A stretch of DNA of 64,000 nt, taken from positions 74,216,001-74,280,000 of the forward strand of contig NC_087437.1 of NCBI RefSeq assembly GCF_036321535.1. The letters run 5' to 3'. Source of the stretch: Camelus dromedarius (Eukaryota). Under the pieces are notes generated by a model. The model made no database searches. It saw only the letters and a program-made list of their open reading frames with translations, and was not told the DNA's origin. Shown in pieces: positions 50,738 through 64,000 of the stretch. A program made the position numbers and the translations under genes. Each line of letters starts with the position of its first letter. Within the stretch, counting starts at the first letter, position 1.

Positions 50738-53340
50738 ACAATTATACACCAATTAATGAACAACCTAGAAGGAATGGATAAATTTCTAAGAACTTCTCAG
50801 GACTATATTAGAATAAATAAATAAATAAATAAACAGATTGATTGCCAGCAATGAAATTAAATTAAAAAATGAACAAAACTCCCAACAAATAAAAGTTGAG
50901 GACAAGATGGCTTCACAGGTGAATTCTGTCAAGTATTTAAAGAGTTCACATCTATCTTTCTTAAATTATTTCTGAAAGTTAAAAACAAAGGAATACTTCT
51001 GAAGTCATCTATGGGGCCAGCATCACCAAAACCAAACAAAGTTACCACACACACACACACACATATAAATCACAGGTCAATATCGCTAATAAAGATAGAT
51101 GCAAGAATCCTCCACAAAATATTACCAAACTGAATCCAACAATATACAAAAAGGATCACACACTGGGATCAAGTGAGATCCATTCCAGGGATGCAAGGAT
51201 GGTTCAGAGTCCACAAATTAATCAATGTGATACACCACATTAACAAAATGGAGGATAAAAATCACATGATCATCCCAACAGATGCCAAAAAAGCATTTGA
51301 CAAAATTCAACATCTATTCATGATAAAAACTCTATGGTACAGAAGAAACATATCTCAACATACTAAAGGTCATTTATGACAATCCCACATCATACCTAAT
51401 GATAAAAAGCTAAAAGCTTTTCCTCTAAAATCAGGAGCAAAAGAAGGATGCCCACTCTTGCCACTTCTATTTAACATAGTATTGTAAATCTTAGCCAGAG
51501 CAATCAAACAAGAAAAAGTAATAAAAGGCATTCAAATTGAAGGAAAGAAATAAAACTATCACTATTTGCAGATTATAATATGCAAGTATGTTATGACATA
51601 TAGAAAACTCTAACGTCCCTACCAAAAAACTACTAGGCTAAGATGTGAATCCATTAAAGTTGCAAAGTACAAAATTAATATACAGAAATCTACTGCTTTT
51701 CTATTAATTAGCAAATAGCTATTAGATAGAGAAATTAAGAAATTAATCCCATTTACAATTGCATCAAAAAGAAAAATAATATCTAGGACTAAATCTAACC
51801 AAGGAGGCAAAAGACTTGTACTCACAAATCTGTAAAACACTGATGAAATAAATTGAAGACAACACAAACAAATGGGAAGATATAGCATGTTAATGGATTG
51901 GAAGATTTAATATTATTAAAATGACCATACTACTAAAGGCAATATACATACATATATTTTAACAATATTAAGTCTTCCAATCCAATGGCATTTTTCACAG
52001 AACTAGGACAAATAGTTCCAAAATTTGTATGGAAACACACACAAAAAAATCCCAAATAGCCAAAACAATATTGAAATGAAGAACAAATCTGAGATATCAT
52101 GTTTCCTGATTTCACACTATACTACAAAGCTACAGTAATCAAAACAGTATGGTACTGGCACAAAAACAGACATATAAATCAATGGAAGAGAAGAGAGCCC
52201 AGAAATAAACCCATACCTATATGGTCAATTAATCTACAACAAAGGAGTCTAAAATACAAAACGGTGAAAGACAGCCTTTTCAATAAATTATATTGTGAAA
52301 ACTGGTGAGCTTACATGCAAAAGAACTAAACTGGACTACCTTCTCCACTATACACAAAAATAAATTCAAACTGGATTATAGACTTATATGTAAGCTTGTG
52401 ATGCTTAACATCACTAACCATCAGGGAAATGCAAATTCAAACCACAATGAGATGCCACCTCAAACCTGTCAGAATAGGTATGATCAAAAAGACAACAAAT
52501 AAGTGTTGGCAAAGATGTAGAGAAAAAGGAATCTTTATGCATAATTGGTGGGAATATAAATTGGTGCAGCCCCTATGGAAAACATGGCAATTCCTCAAAA
52601 AATTAAAAATAGAACAACCATTAGATCAAGAAATTCCACTTCTGGGTATTTAACCAAAGAAAATGAAAACACTAACTCAAAAAGGTATATGCACCCCTAA
52701 TTTTTATTGTAGCATTATTTATAATAACCACAATATGGAAACAACCTATGTGTCCATCAATAAATGAATGGAAAATATAGATGATGTGGTATATACATAT
52801 ATAGTGGGATATTACTCAGCCATAAAGAAGAATAAAATCTTGCAATTTGTGACAGCATGGATGGACCTAGAAGGTCTCTTGCTATGTGAAATAAGTCAGG
52901 CAGAGAAAGACAATTACCACATGATCTCACTTATATGTGGAATCTAAAATACAAAACAAACAAAACTAAACAGAAACAAACCCATAGATACAGAAAACAA
53001 ACTAAAGTTTGCTAGAGCAGACGGGATTTGGAGGGCAGGAGAAATAGATGGAGATGTGTAAGAAAAACAAACTTCCAGTTATAAAATAAATTAGTTATGG
53101 GGACATAATCTACAACATTGGAAATATAGTCAATAATATTGTAAAAACTTTGTAAGGTAACAGATTGTAACTACAACTATCATAGTGACCATTTGAAACG
53201 TGTATAAATACTGAATCACTGTACAGGAACCATACCACAATAAAAGTGTTAAAAATAAATAAATAAATATTGAATCACTACGATGTACACCTGATACTAA
53301 TATGCTATTGTACATCAATTATACTTCAATAAAATAAAAG
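50738..53340 (+). mobile_element. Host L1 continued: ORF2 RT, C-terminus and 3' UTR
   Basis: ORF track pieces IPGMQGWF...[14 protein letters not shown]...[25 protein letters not shown] and [11 protein letters not shown]. Ends 'caattatacttcaataaaataaaag'. Confidence 0.92.
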
Positions 53341-53346
53341 AATATG

Positions 53347-53959
53347 TGTATTACAACCTGCTGAATAAAGTGGCACAAGACACCCACACGGGGTCAGCAG
53401 GTAGTTCTCTCAGCACCCAAATTTCCATTTGGGGGAAGCAAAAACCCTGGGGTCATTTTGATTGGAGGCACAGTTTTAATATATTCACACAAAGGAAAGA
53501 AAGTCACAAGATTACTTACAGATCTCAGAAACAGGGGGTGAGGTATATTTGTGCACGTGTGTGCATGTGTGTGTGTGAGAGAGAGAGAGCGTGTGTGTGA
53601 GAGAGAGAAAGAGAGAGGAAGCATGATGAATGAACTGAAGTAAGGGCAATCCTTCATCCCAGGTCACAAGTGAGCAGGAGGAGATAGCCATCAGGATAGC
53701 AGGCACCCATTATTGAAAGGTGGTTGGGGTAAAGGTCAGTAACTTCACAGGCTCAACTCTAACTGGTTATTTTCAAAGGTGTCCCAGGCAAAGTAAAGCG
53801 GGAACTTGTGGCAGGAATTCTAAGCTCAAGTCCTTATCGAAATGGCCAGAAGCTCAATGTGAGCAGGGTGATCCTACCGTAAAATGCCTGCTCAAACAGC
53901 AACTCAAAATACGTGTTTTCTGATCAAAGGTCATAAAGACGTAAAGCAGGAGTGATACA
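53347..53959 (-). mobile_element. Probable solo LTR (ERV-type), family not identified
   Basis: TG...CA termini with an imperfect inverted repeat (TGTATTACAACCTGCT versus reverse complement TGTATCACTCCTGCT). Minus-strand ATTAAA near 53476. Internal TG/GA microsatellite. No TSD read. Confidence 0.5.
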
Positions 53960-54579
53960 TTACTTCCTCAATTATCAGTGGGGTAGGGAGGGATGCTCTT
54001 GGGGAAAATAAAAATAAGGCAGATGATCCAATACAATTTCCTTAATTTCCTTGTAAGCATAACTGGATCACCACACAAACAGATTGTCTTCTCAGAAAAG
54101 AATCTTTACCTTCTGAGTTCTTTGAGTAGGATGCCCCTGATTTAGGGTTGCCTAATGCAAACACACCTAAAATCTATAAATTTATTATTCATGTATCCCT
54201 GGAGAACACCACACATACCCTGGGGTATATATGGGATATGTTTCATAACTTAAGTGCTCTCAGTTGTGTGAGGTGACCCTCGAACTTTATTAGATACCTC
54301 CTCATTTATCATTCTGATCCAAAAAAAATGTGTATTCAAGGCAGAAAGCAAGAACCTAGGGAGTCAGGCTATATATAGAAGACTTCTATCCCATATTTTC
54401 CCTAAACACTTGATTGTTTGTAATTTTGGTATTAGAAGAAAATTTGATACTTGGGTGAGGGGGTCAAGGGGAAGGGTTGAAAACAGGGCAAAACCAAGTG
54501 GTTAGAAGTAATTATAGTCAATATATTAGTTTTTGTTTGAAGCTATGATTTCATGGGCACTTACTGCATTATTAAAAAT

Positions 54580-55346
54580 AACTATTAAATTAAAATCACA
54601 GTGAGATATCACCACACAACTGTTAGAATGGCTATCACTTAAAAAAAAAGAGTTAACAAGTATTGGTGAGGATGTAAAGAAAAAGGAACCCTTGAACACT
54701 TTGGTGAGAATGTACACTTGTGTAGCCACTATGAAAAAAAAGTATGGAAGTTCTTCGAAAACTTAAAAAAGTAATTACCAAATGATCCTGTAGTCCTACA
54801 TCTAGGTATGTATCCAAAGGAAATTAAAACAGGATCTTGAAGAGATATCTGTACTCCCATGCTCACTTCAATATGCTTCACAATAGCCAAGAAATGGAAA
54901 CTAAGTGCCATCAACAGATGAATGGATAAAGAGAGTATGATACACACACACACACACACACGGATATTATTCAGTCATAAGAAAGAAGGAAATTGTGCAA
55001 TTTGCAACAACATGGATGTACACTATGCTAAGTGAAATACTACGCCAGAGAGAGAAAGACAAATACTGTCTGATATAACTTACGCATGGAATCTAAAAAA
55101 TATATATATTATTTTAAGTCAAACTCATAGAATAGAAAAGTGGTTTTGTCAGGGGCTGGAGGTGGGCAAAATAGGGAGAGGTGGGCAAAAGGGTACAAAC
55201 TTTGAGTTATAAGGATTAAAGTCTAAAGATCTAATATAAAACATGGTGATTACAGTTGATAACACCACTTTGTGCAGCTGAAATTTGCTAAGAGAGTAGA
55301 ACTTAAATGTTCTCTCGAAAGAAGGAAAGAAGGAAAGAAGGAAGGA

Positions 55347-55418
<72 letters not shown>

Positions 55419-55570
55419 CAGACTGATTATGTGAGATGATGAATGTGTTAATTAACAAGTTGAGGTATTCTTTCACAATGTATACATACATCAAATCACC
55501 ATGACATACACTTAAAATATCTTACAATTTTATGTATCAATTAATCCTCAATAAAGCTGAAACTGAAAAG
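54580..55570 (+). mobile_element. L1 3' region (L1MA-like)
   Basis: 'aaaatcacagtgagatatcaccacacaactgttagaatggctatc...tttgcaacaacatggatg...tatcaattaatcctcaataaagctg'. Confidence 0.9.
55317..55418 (+). repeat. (GAAA)n/(GAAG)n microsatellite inside an L1 3' UTR
   Basis: About 100 bp pure purine tract, read directly. Confidence 0.97.
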
Positions 55571-56719
55571 ATAAAATTCAAAGCATGCAAAGAAAAAAGT
55601 TATCTAAAAATACACATACATCACACATATAGATGTAAATAAATAGATGTCAAAAGTAGGCTCACCCCAGTACTGTTATCTGGTCACATCTCAATAAATC
55701 AATGAAGTAACTAAATAGAAATACACATTTCCAGAATCAACTACAAAAAATATGAAGGATATAAGACAGTATCTTAATTAAGTTTTAATTCTTAATAGTG
55801 TAATAGTTGCTATTTGGTATACATGTCCTTCATAAATGATTGGATTTAGTGGAAATTAACACTTAAGAAGCAACAACCAAATTACAGAAAAATTCAGGGG
55901 ATGGGAGGAACATGTACAGTCTTCCTCCATCCTCACTCAAGTTCATTCAGTAAAGTGATGTAATAGCACAAAAAAGTTAAAATGAAGCAATCAACTTCTA
56001 GTTAAATATGGCAAATTTACTAAATACATTTCCTTCCATTCCCTTTGGAAGCTATCTTTGAAATATAATAATCTGGCATGATTTATACACTTAAAAATAG
56101 TGTTGGCAGCTCAGAAAAAATACCTCTATTTCTGGCATTTAGGATGAATTACCCTCATGAACATCCTGTTAGTAATGGAAGGAAAAATTTGAATATAATA
56201 CTGCTTCAATCTGAGGGAGAGAAAGATATAAACAAATATCTGTCTAAATAGTAGATTCTATAATGAAAGTGTGATCATGATGATGTAGAAAATTTACAAT
56301 TAAAATAACTAGTAACCTCAAGACTGGTTATATAGACACTGGAAAATGCCAGCTCAAATAAATTATTCATTTTATAATGAGCACAAAAAATCTGGTAATT
56401 AAACAGCTAAATTGACACACACACACACAAACTCATACATGAAAATATTATTTAGGCAATGTATGAAAATGTCAACAATAGATAAAGACTTTCCACAACT
56501 GAATTATCATAAAATCAAATAAATAAATAATCACAATATTTAATATTTGCAAGAATGTGAAAAATGTACATTTATGCATTGTCAGTGACAGCATATATTC
56601 ATATAACTTTTTTGGATTACAATTTAGCAGTATATTTTTAAAATCATAAAATCACTCATATCCCTTGATTCTAGAATCTTAACTTTGGGGAATTCATTCT
56701 GTAACTACAGATTAACTAT

Positions 56720-57250
56720 TCTACTGCTAAGTTAAATAAACTTGTTGAAATTTCTAAAGTGACCATTAAAAGAATAGAAATCAAGTACATAACTTCCAAA
56801 GCATAAAAAAGGAATATGAAATATAATTCAAAAGTCAATCCAAAAGCAGGCAAATGAAATATAGGGGGAAAATAGATAGAGAGAAAGCTAGACCAAAAAA
56901 ACAAATAAACAAACAAACAAAACAGAAGGTCAGAACAAATGAAAGTATTTCTGTAATCAAAGTAAATAAAATTTACAATTTAAAATAATGTCAGAAAAGC
57001 CTTATCAAGACAAAATCCAGTCCCATGCTGTACACAAGAGGTGTACTTGGAAAAGGACAAAGACAGATGAGAAAAAATGTAGAGGCACAATGGAAAATGC
57101 CCAAGCAAGCTCCAGATGGTATAGCTACATAAAAACATTAAAGATGGGCTTTGAGACAAAAAGGTACAACTAGGGATAAAAAGCGTCACTACATAAAGAA
57201 ACAAGACTTTTTAAGTTTGTAAATGCTTAACAGATTCATGTAAGTAAATT
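56720..57250 (+). mobile_element. Old L1 inter-ORF and endonuclease fragment
   Basis: 'tttctgtaatcaaagtaaataaaa...caagacaaaatccagtcccatgctgtacacaagagg...agggataaaaagcgtcactacataa'. Confidence 0.6.
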
Positions 57251-59929
57251 ATAGAGAAATACGAAGGAAAGATGACTTAAACCAGAAGCTTCATATAGTG
57301 ACCAGTTCTTGAATCAAAGGTGGGGCAGCAGCAATGGTTACACTGACACTGGAAGATAAGTAGTGGCACCCCTGGTTTTATTACCGTTTATAAGCAGAAC
57401 ATATATAAATACATTCATTTTACATATGATATTTCATTAAAATAGCATCATAATATAACACACAGTTAAAAGGGCAAATCTGAAGGTAAGAGTAACAGTT
57501 ACCAAATTGTATTAGAATATAGAATACTTGTCTTAGTTTGCATATACCTTGAAAATGAATTCAACCTCCTTCTTACTCCACACAAATTACAACCACAAGT
57601 TTGACATTAGATAAAGCAATATAGATGAGTGATGTCTCTGTTATTAAACAGTCAATGAACGGAGAGCTTTTAGGATATTAGAATACATTTTGCTTTTTAA
57701 CTTGTTTGGAAATTGGAATTTATGTCACACAATTGCAGAAACCAGAAAACAAAGGAGATCAAGAACATCCAAAAGCAGAAAATGACAGCCCAAATTTTAA
57801 TAATTCCCACGAGTTTGAGTTATAAAGTTTCTGGTATAATAAGTATCCATATGGCCTTTTATCCACACTTAAGTTTTAAATTCTTACAAATAATAGTACG
57901 AACCAAACCATTCCAATTTGGATACATAGTATAGTGAATGTAGAAATGATTTTTTTCAGAGAAGAAATCAAATGTTGAGTACAGATATTTAATTTTTTAA
58001 TCATTAGTATTTTAAATTTTTCGTGAAAGCATGTACTTAGAGATACAGAATGAAGACATAAAAATTCTTTACAATGGAATTTTCTTCTTTTCAGTGGATG
58101 GCAAAAGGTACACTTTGCTTGAGATATAAAATCAATTATATTTTAATACTAAGCGTGCTTCTATTCAACTACAAATACTTAGACCAGATAGGTATATTTA
58201 TTCACTTTGTTTCTGCTGAAAAGACTGGGGAATATAAACACTCAGAAAGTCTACAAACCTCTAACTAAATATAAACACTTTCTTATGCGAGAAGGTAGCT
58301 TTGTACTGTACATTACTGAATACTTTATTTAATCAAATCTTAAATGGAATAGGTGATGAATTAGTGCAACTAAAGTAAGGGTGAAGGGTGGCACTGCATT
58401 AACTCTGTGGAATGTAGTTATAAGCATTCTCTATTTAGTATTATTACTTTTCTACTTATTTTCAGATGTGTGGTCTGTGACCTCTGTTCTGAGTTCAGTG
58501 TAGTAAAATTTTAAAAAGGATAAAAAATAGTGGAAGGGTCTAACAGAGCAGTATAAAATACATTATGGCCCCTCAGTAATGATGCTGTAATTCTGTTGGA
58601 GAAAGCAATTCTATTACAGTCCTTACTTTCAGACACTTCCTTTAAATGTATGGAAAAACAGAAAACTATTCCTTTCAGCTAGGATTTTTGTTCTTGGCAT
58701 GTGCTCAGAAATGACTGCTATTTCCTGACCATTTTTAAAGAAGAGAGAACACACTATACACACATATACACACATATATACCCTCACACATATGTGCATT
58801 GACACACATATATCTCTATACTTTGACAACTTTCTTTAAAACACATCAGTCTTGTCATTTTCATTTTATAAAAGCATAAGGATTATCAGCTTACTGAATC
58901 TGAAAAGAAATCTCAAGAGTTCAAATTGAGCTCCCAGACAAGAGTGTGAGTGGTTAGTAGGTTCTTATTTTATTGTTTGAGAAAGATTCATGACCAAGTA
59001 GTACAAGTCAACCTCATTTTGGATAAAAATAATTGCTTCAAATTTACTCACTGAGTAACATTTAGCACAGAATCAGTTCACAGACCTTCTCATTTGTAAC
59101 AAATCTTCCAAGAATCCTGATGGGCCAAAACATACTGTAAATAATGAGAATCTTCACTTGTACTATGACTACATTTGATTTCTATATAAATACATGTTTT
59201 TTTGGTTTTTTTTGTTTTTGGTTTTTGGTTAAAGATACTAAATGGTACTTGAGTGCTCCTAACCAGAACAAAGTACCAAGGATTTGTTTACTCATCTGCC
59301 AGAATTTTTCCCTCCTAGTCAATATGCTGATTACCTTTAGAACATAAAGAAAATTCCCATCTTACATCCAAGATAAGGTGTGCTCTTTTAGAACAAAGAG
59401 ATGGCTTTAAAGACCTTTTTCAGTGTGATAAGTCTATGGAGCACCTATAATTCTCTATAATTCTCTAAGATTGTATTTGCAAAGATCCTATCAATGCTAT
59501 TTCTTTACAAGGACCCAATAACAATGTGTTCTGTCCACTGACTAACTCATGCCAATGTTATTTATAAATAACAATAATTGATGAATTTTGGCCTGTTTTT
59601 CTTTTTTTTTTAAACAGTAGTGTTATTTCCTAAGATCAGGATTCATGGGTGTCATTATGGTAGTTGATTCTGTTCTTTTCCTGGATACTCTGCCCAACTA
59701 ACTACTCAGAGATAGTGGCCACCATAATTCAACTACCTGGTAAAACACATCAAAAGACTGAGACTACTAAAGAAAGTCAGTATTTTAAAAATCTTTATAT
59801 TTTACAAGAGTTAACACATGACAGGAATAAGTCAAACTTATTAAACATGGCAAGGAACCTTGTCAAACATTTAAGAACAACTATGTATCTATAGGCATCT
59901 ATGACATGCTGGAATCGTATAAAAGGCAG

Positions 59930-60110
59930 GAAATTTTGGAATCAGACCTGGAGAGAATCTGGCTGCTTTACTTAAGATGAGCTATACAGCTTTCCTGAGC
60001 CTCGCTTTCACTCATTTATAAAATTAGATAATAATGCCTAGGGCTAAAGGAGAAAAATAAATGAGATATGCATATAAAATAGGGGTCAAATAGTAGGCCC
60101 TGGACAAAAT
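59930..60110 (+). mobile_element. MIR SINE
   Basis: 'ttggaatcagacctgg...ctgagcctcgctttcactcatttataaaattagataataatgcct...aaatgagatatgcat'. Confidence 0.7.
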
Positions 60111-60364
60111 GGTAACTTTCCTGACAACAAAGATGAAGAATTTAGTTTTGTAAGAATGGATGAAATAGAATAAGAAAGTATTAGAAAACCTTAAATTTGG
60201 AAGCTCTTCAGTTATGATTACTGAAGGAAAATACCACCTTCAAAAGAAGAAAAAAAACCTGATGGAAGAGATTATAATTACAAGTATATATGAGATGAGA
60301 ATGAAAACAAAAATGACACAAATCTGCTGTAACATGGGGGGAGTGGTGAACAAATCTTGAACTC

Positions 60365-60490
60365 ACTAGCTTAAAAAACACACTAGAAGAAATAAATAAC
60401 AGGCTTAGTGATACAGAAGAATATATAAATGATCTGGAAGACAGAATAATGGAAATCACTGAATCAGGCAGCAGAAAGAAAAACAAATTT
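60365..60490 (+). mobile_element. L1 ORF1 fragment
   Basis: Translates to KNTLEEINNRLSDTEEYINDLEDRIMEITESG, resembling the ORF1p coiled coil. Confidence 0.75.
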
Positions 60491-63249
60491 TAAAAACAAG
60501 TGTAATATTTTTGAAAATAAGAAGAAACAAAATTTGAGGCAAGTCCAAAAACTGTCCCCAAAGAACTGGAAGATAACCTCAATTGAAATTAATTTCCCAA
60601 ACACAGGCCCAGATGTTTCACATACTTTCCATAACTTCACCTCATCTATTGGTTCCTAGTGTTGAGGAAATAAAATTAATTCTACAGTTATATGTAAAAT
60701 TACATCTAATTTATCCTTCTATATTTTAGCATAGGCATTTGAAAAATTGAGGCAAAAAATGAGTGAGACTAATGCAAATATGAGTGCATGAGAATTGAAC
60801 TGACACACAAAGTACTGGGGATAGGTGCGAAGTAAAATCTACAGTTACAAGTATCATGTGTATAACTTTTTTCCATCTTAATCAAGATGTACTTTGTAAT
60901 TCAGTTCATTTAAGAAAGAATATTGCATCCAGTATAACCAGTGGCTCATGGTTAAGCCTGGTGTAATTCTCAGCACTGGAATTAATAGTGAGGAATATCA
61001 TTGCGGGTTAAAAGATAATTCCTTCACCAAAATGACTGCTGTAGCTTTAAAAGCCAACATGACACCCACCACTTACAGGTTTGTAGTTGAGCCTAATGGC
61101 CAGTGCTATGCAAAAAGCATAATCCTTAAAATATTAAGGATGTTAAAACTGCCCGTCGGTGCTTTGTGAAACTAATGACAATGAAAGTTCATACTAACAC
61201 ATATGAGGAAGGTTCATTTATTCTCAAGCAAATATAATTTCTCTTTTTCTGACTGAGTTAAACTCCAGAAACTCATCCACAAGTGGGAAAATTACCTTGT
61301 TAAAGTAATTTGGTTGAAGAACAGCAGTTATGCTTACTCTGAATATTTGATTCGAATCTCTTCAGTCATTTACTCATTTATTTGACAAACTTTGAGTCCC
61401 TATTATATGTCAGGCATTGAGAATGCTAGTAATTAAAAAAAGAAGCAAGTTGTGTTAACTTCTCTTTAGGTATTGAGCAAAAATCCAACTTACCAAACGG
61501 ACTAGCTGGCAGAATATTGCTTTGACACTTTTACCTCAAGTTCTAAGCTCATTTCTCTGCTAGACATGTTAAAATAAACCAGGTATGATAAACATGATAA
61601 ATAAACTAGGTATGATATTTAATTATTATTCATTAGTATGTAAGATATATTAAATCTCAGATCTGAGAAAACAAAAATATGTAAAATTGATTAGGATGTG
61701 AAATACATAAAATATCTGACTGAAGTAGCCACACACTGAATTTAGTCATCAGATCACACAGCACTGATGAGATTTATTATTTAATTAATTATACTTTGAG
61801 ACCAGCACAACTCAAAAATATAAAGAAAGGTGGCATTAAAGAAGCAGCGGTAAATGACCTGTTTTGGATGCGGGGTGTCACCAGATTTTAGGAACCTTGG
61901 TGTGTTAGATCATAACAGTGCCACTGAAGAGTTTAGCATCCAGTTCTGGAGAACAGGTGCATAAAAGTGTTACAAAATTAAGACAGTATATCTTAAAAAT
62001 ATTGAAAGAGTTGTATGGATAATTGCTAAACAGCTCTGAATGAATAGAGAGTTCACAAAATGACAAATATGGTAATTTAGTCTTAAAAATGTAGGTGCTG
62101 AACTTTTAATCCTAGGAATTTATTTTAATAAAAAGTTGGATAGGACAGATGGAATCACTCTAAGGTTTTCCTTAGAGTAGAGGATGGAAACTCCAAGGTT
62201 TTCAGGTAACGACTAGTGCTGTTAAAAAAAAATAAATAATTAAGAGAAGAAAATAAAAGATAAGTTAAAAATTTTAAAAGCCACAGATACTTTTGTGAGT
62301 GTGTGTTACAGGAAAGAAACAGAGACCGGAAATGGGGAGGGCACTGCAGTAAGATTGGTTTGGTTTTATATTTGAAGAATTTGAGGTGCCCCGCAAGCAG
62401 TTAGGAAGATGGGTATAAATTAAGACTCCAAATAAGTATGTGGGCAAGTCATGAGAGATTTAAAAGGTATGCCTTGCAGAACAAGAGGATGCTAAAACTT
62501 TGTAATAAGATGCTTACAGGCAGGAGCCAAGAGTAGAAGTACCCAGCAAGTTTTACAGAGATGTCAGAGAGAAAGAGGGCTAGAATGTTCCATTTTTCAG
62601 GGAACTGTGGGGTAATCACTAAGAAGGCAGCAGGTATATGGCAGTGGAGAATTGCTAGCAATGGAATTAAAGGGCATGAAAAATTCTAGGTTGGCCTCTG
62701 ATGGAGATGAAAAGGTGTGCATAATCATGGTAATCACAGCCGTTTATGCCAGCTTATATAAGCATTTAATTAAAATAAAATGGCATTTATACATGTACAC
62801 GTGTGCATCCTTGTATACGTGCACACATTATCTTGCTAGGAATCTTAGGGAAAAGCAGAGAAAGAAAATGAGAGACATAACAAAACAAAAATGTGTACCT
62901 TACTAGCCAGAATATTTTAGAACCTGGTATGTCAGTCATCCAACCCTCTACCTCCAATACAAATATTTGTTGTATAAGCCTGATCAGAGAAATAGTCCAT
63001 CACGACTTAGCTGGAACGTTATTTAGAGAAGAGTAAGACGAAATTGCTGCTCATAGGAGCCAGGAAGGGGGTGTTCTTCCAGCATAGCCCTCACCTTTGC
63101 TTTGAAGACATTGCTCTGGACTTTCTTTCCTATAGCAGGGATGGAATCCGCCCCCCCGCCCCGTTCCCATTTTTTGTGACTATTGAAGAAAATGAAGTCA
63201 GGGGATATCCTATAGATTCCACAGAAACAAAAAGGGAACAAACACTTGT

Positions 63250-63450
63250 GGAGCACCTTTTATAACTGCTGTGTGCTAAACCTGGGTTGTCACATTTCAT
63301 CCTTACTACCATGCTGTGCGGTGAGTAGGATTAGATGAGGAAATTGAGTTTAGAGAGATTATATGAAATGTCCAAGAGAAACAGTCAAAAGCAGAGCTGG
63401 AATTCAAAGCCAAGTCTCTGTCTTATTAAACATCCTTCTTTTCACGGCCT
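63250..63450 (-). mobile_element. MIR SINE
   Basis: 'agatgaggaaattgagtttagagagattatatgaaatgtccaag...gcagagctggaattcaaagccaagtct'. Confidence 0.7.
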
Positions 63451-64000
63451 TACCTCATTAAAATTAATTCCAGAGCCCCTTCCAGGCAAAATCTAAAAGA
63501 TGGAGCAATGAAGGATTAACCATTTGTAAACTGCAGTGTTTACCTATCTCTTTTCCCAGCCTTGAGGTCTGGCACTTGATTAGCTATGCAAGTTAATAAG
63601 TGTCACCAACTGTTATTACTCCTTTTCATTTCTAAAAATCCAAATTCCTTATAAAATATTCTTAATTTCAGTGAGATAAGATTATCTTGCCTAAGGACAA
63701 GCCAGAGATGAGAAAACGCCACCTTCACTGGAAGGTTTCCAACATCAGGCTAGCAGCTTAGACCTGCCTGCATATAAATATACCTGAAAGAAAACCCCTT
63801 AGAAATAATGACACCTAGATAGCGTCTAGGTCATCCTAGGATAAAGGAGCAAAAAATGTCCAAATTATATTTTATAACTTAGAATTCTCCCTAGATGAAT
63901 TAAAACCTCAGATTTCAAATCTCCGGTTTCATAAAGCGAAGCGTAATTAAATTTTGAACATTGATATAAACTTTTGTTACTGAGCTACCTGAACTTTGCT

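Noticed and set aside
19682..60490. L1 strand bias as proof of a minus-strand host gene
   Set aside because: Most L1 sequence is on the plus strand, but four remnants are on the minus strand and the nested copies are not independent. Too weak to use.
61850..62100. Possible CR1/L3 relic ('gtttagcatccagttctggag'), also ~29280-29500
   Set aside because: Similarity is limited to a few words and cannot be supported without a profile search.
63095..63111. Minus-strand ATGTCTTCAAAGCAA encodes MSSKQ, the first five residues of SOX6 as I recall them
   Set aside because: The match stops after five codons and does not continue into the expected ATSPF. Treated as coincidence, so no gene symbol is assigned.

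Overview
AT-rich mammalian intronic or intergenic DNA dominated by old interspersed repeats (L1, L2, MIR, MER5, MaLR/ERVL LTRs) and microsatellites. The youngest L1 3' ends resemble camelid (alpaca/camel) L1s as I recall them, and I see no Alu, B1/B2, Bov-tA, PRE-1 or Can-SINE, so a camelid source is plausible but is inference. I recognise no intact cellular protein-coding gene, RNA gene or CRISPR array. The ORF-track entries I can identify are decayed L1 ORF2 pieces; the rest look like chance ORFs. The main structure is an ~11 kb nest at 42198-53340: an old, originally full-length L1 carrying five later insertions, four with readable target-site duplications (TSDs). The best candidates for something undescribed are (1) an 86/90 bp inverted repeat at 5677-5874, (2) a ~540 bp non-L1 retroposed insert with an internal ~200-225 bp degenerate tandem repeat at 47856-48398, and (3) a candidate minus-strand exon with a Kozak-like ATG and a strong donor at 27310. 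I did not find a convincing new multi-gene system. Repeat family names come from recall of consensus sequences, not a database search, and boundaries of old repeats are approximate.
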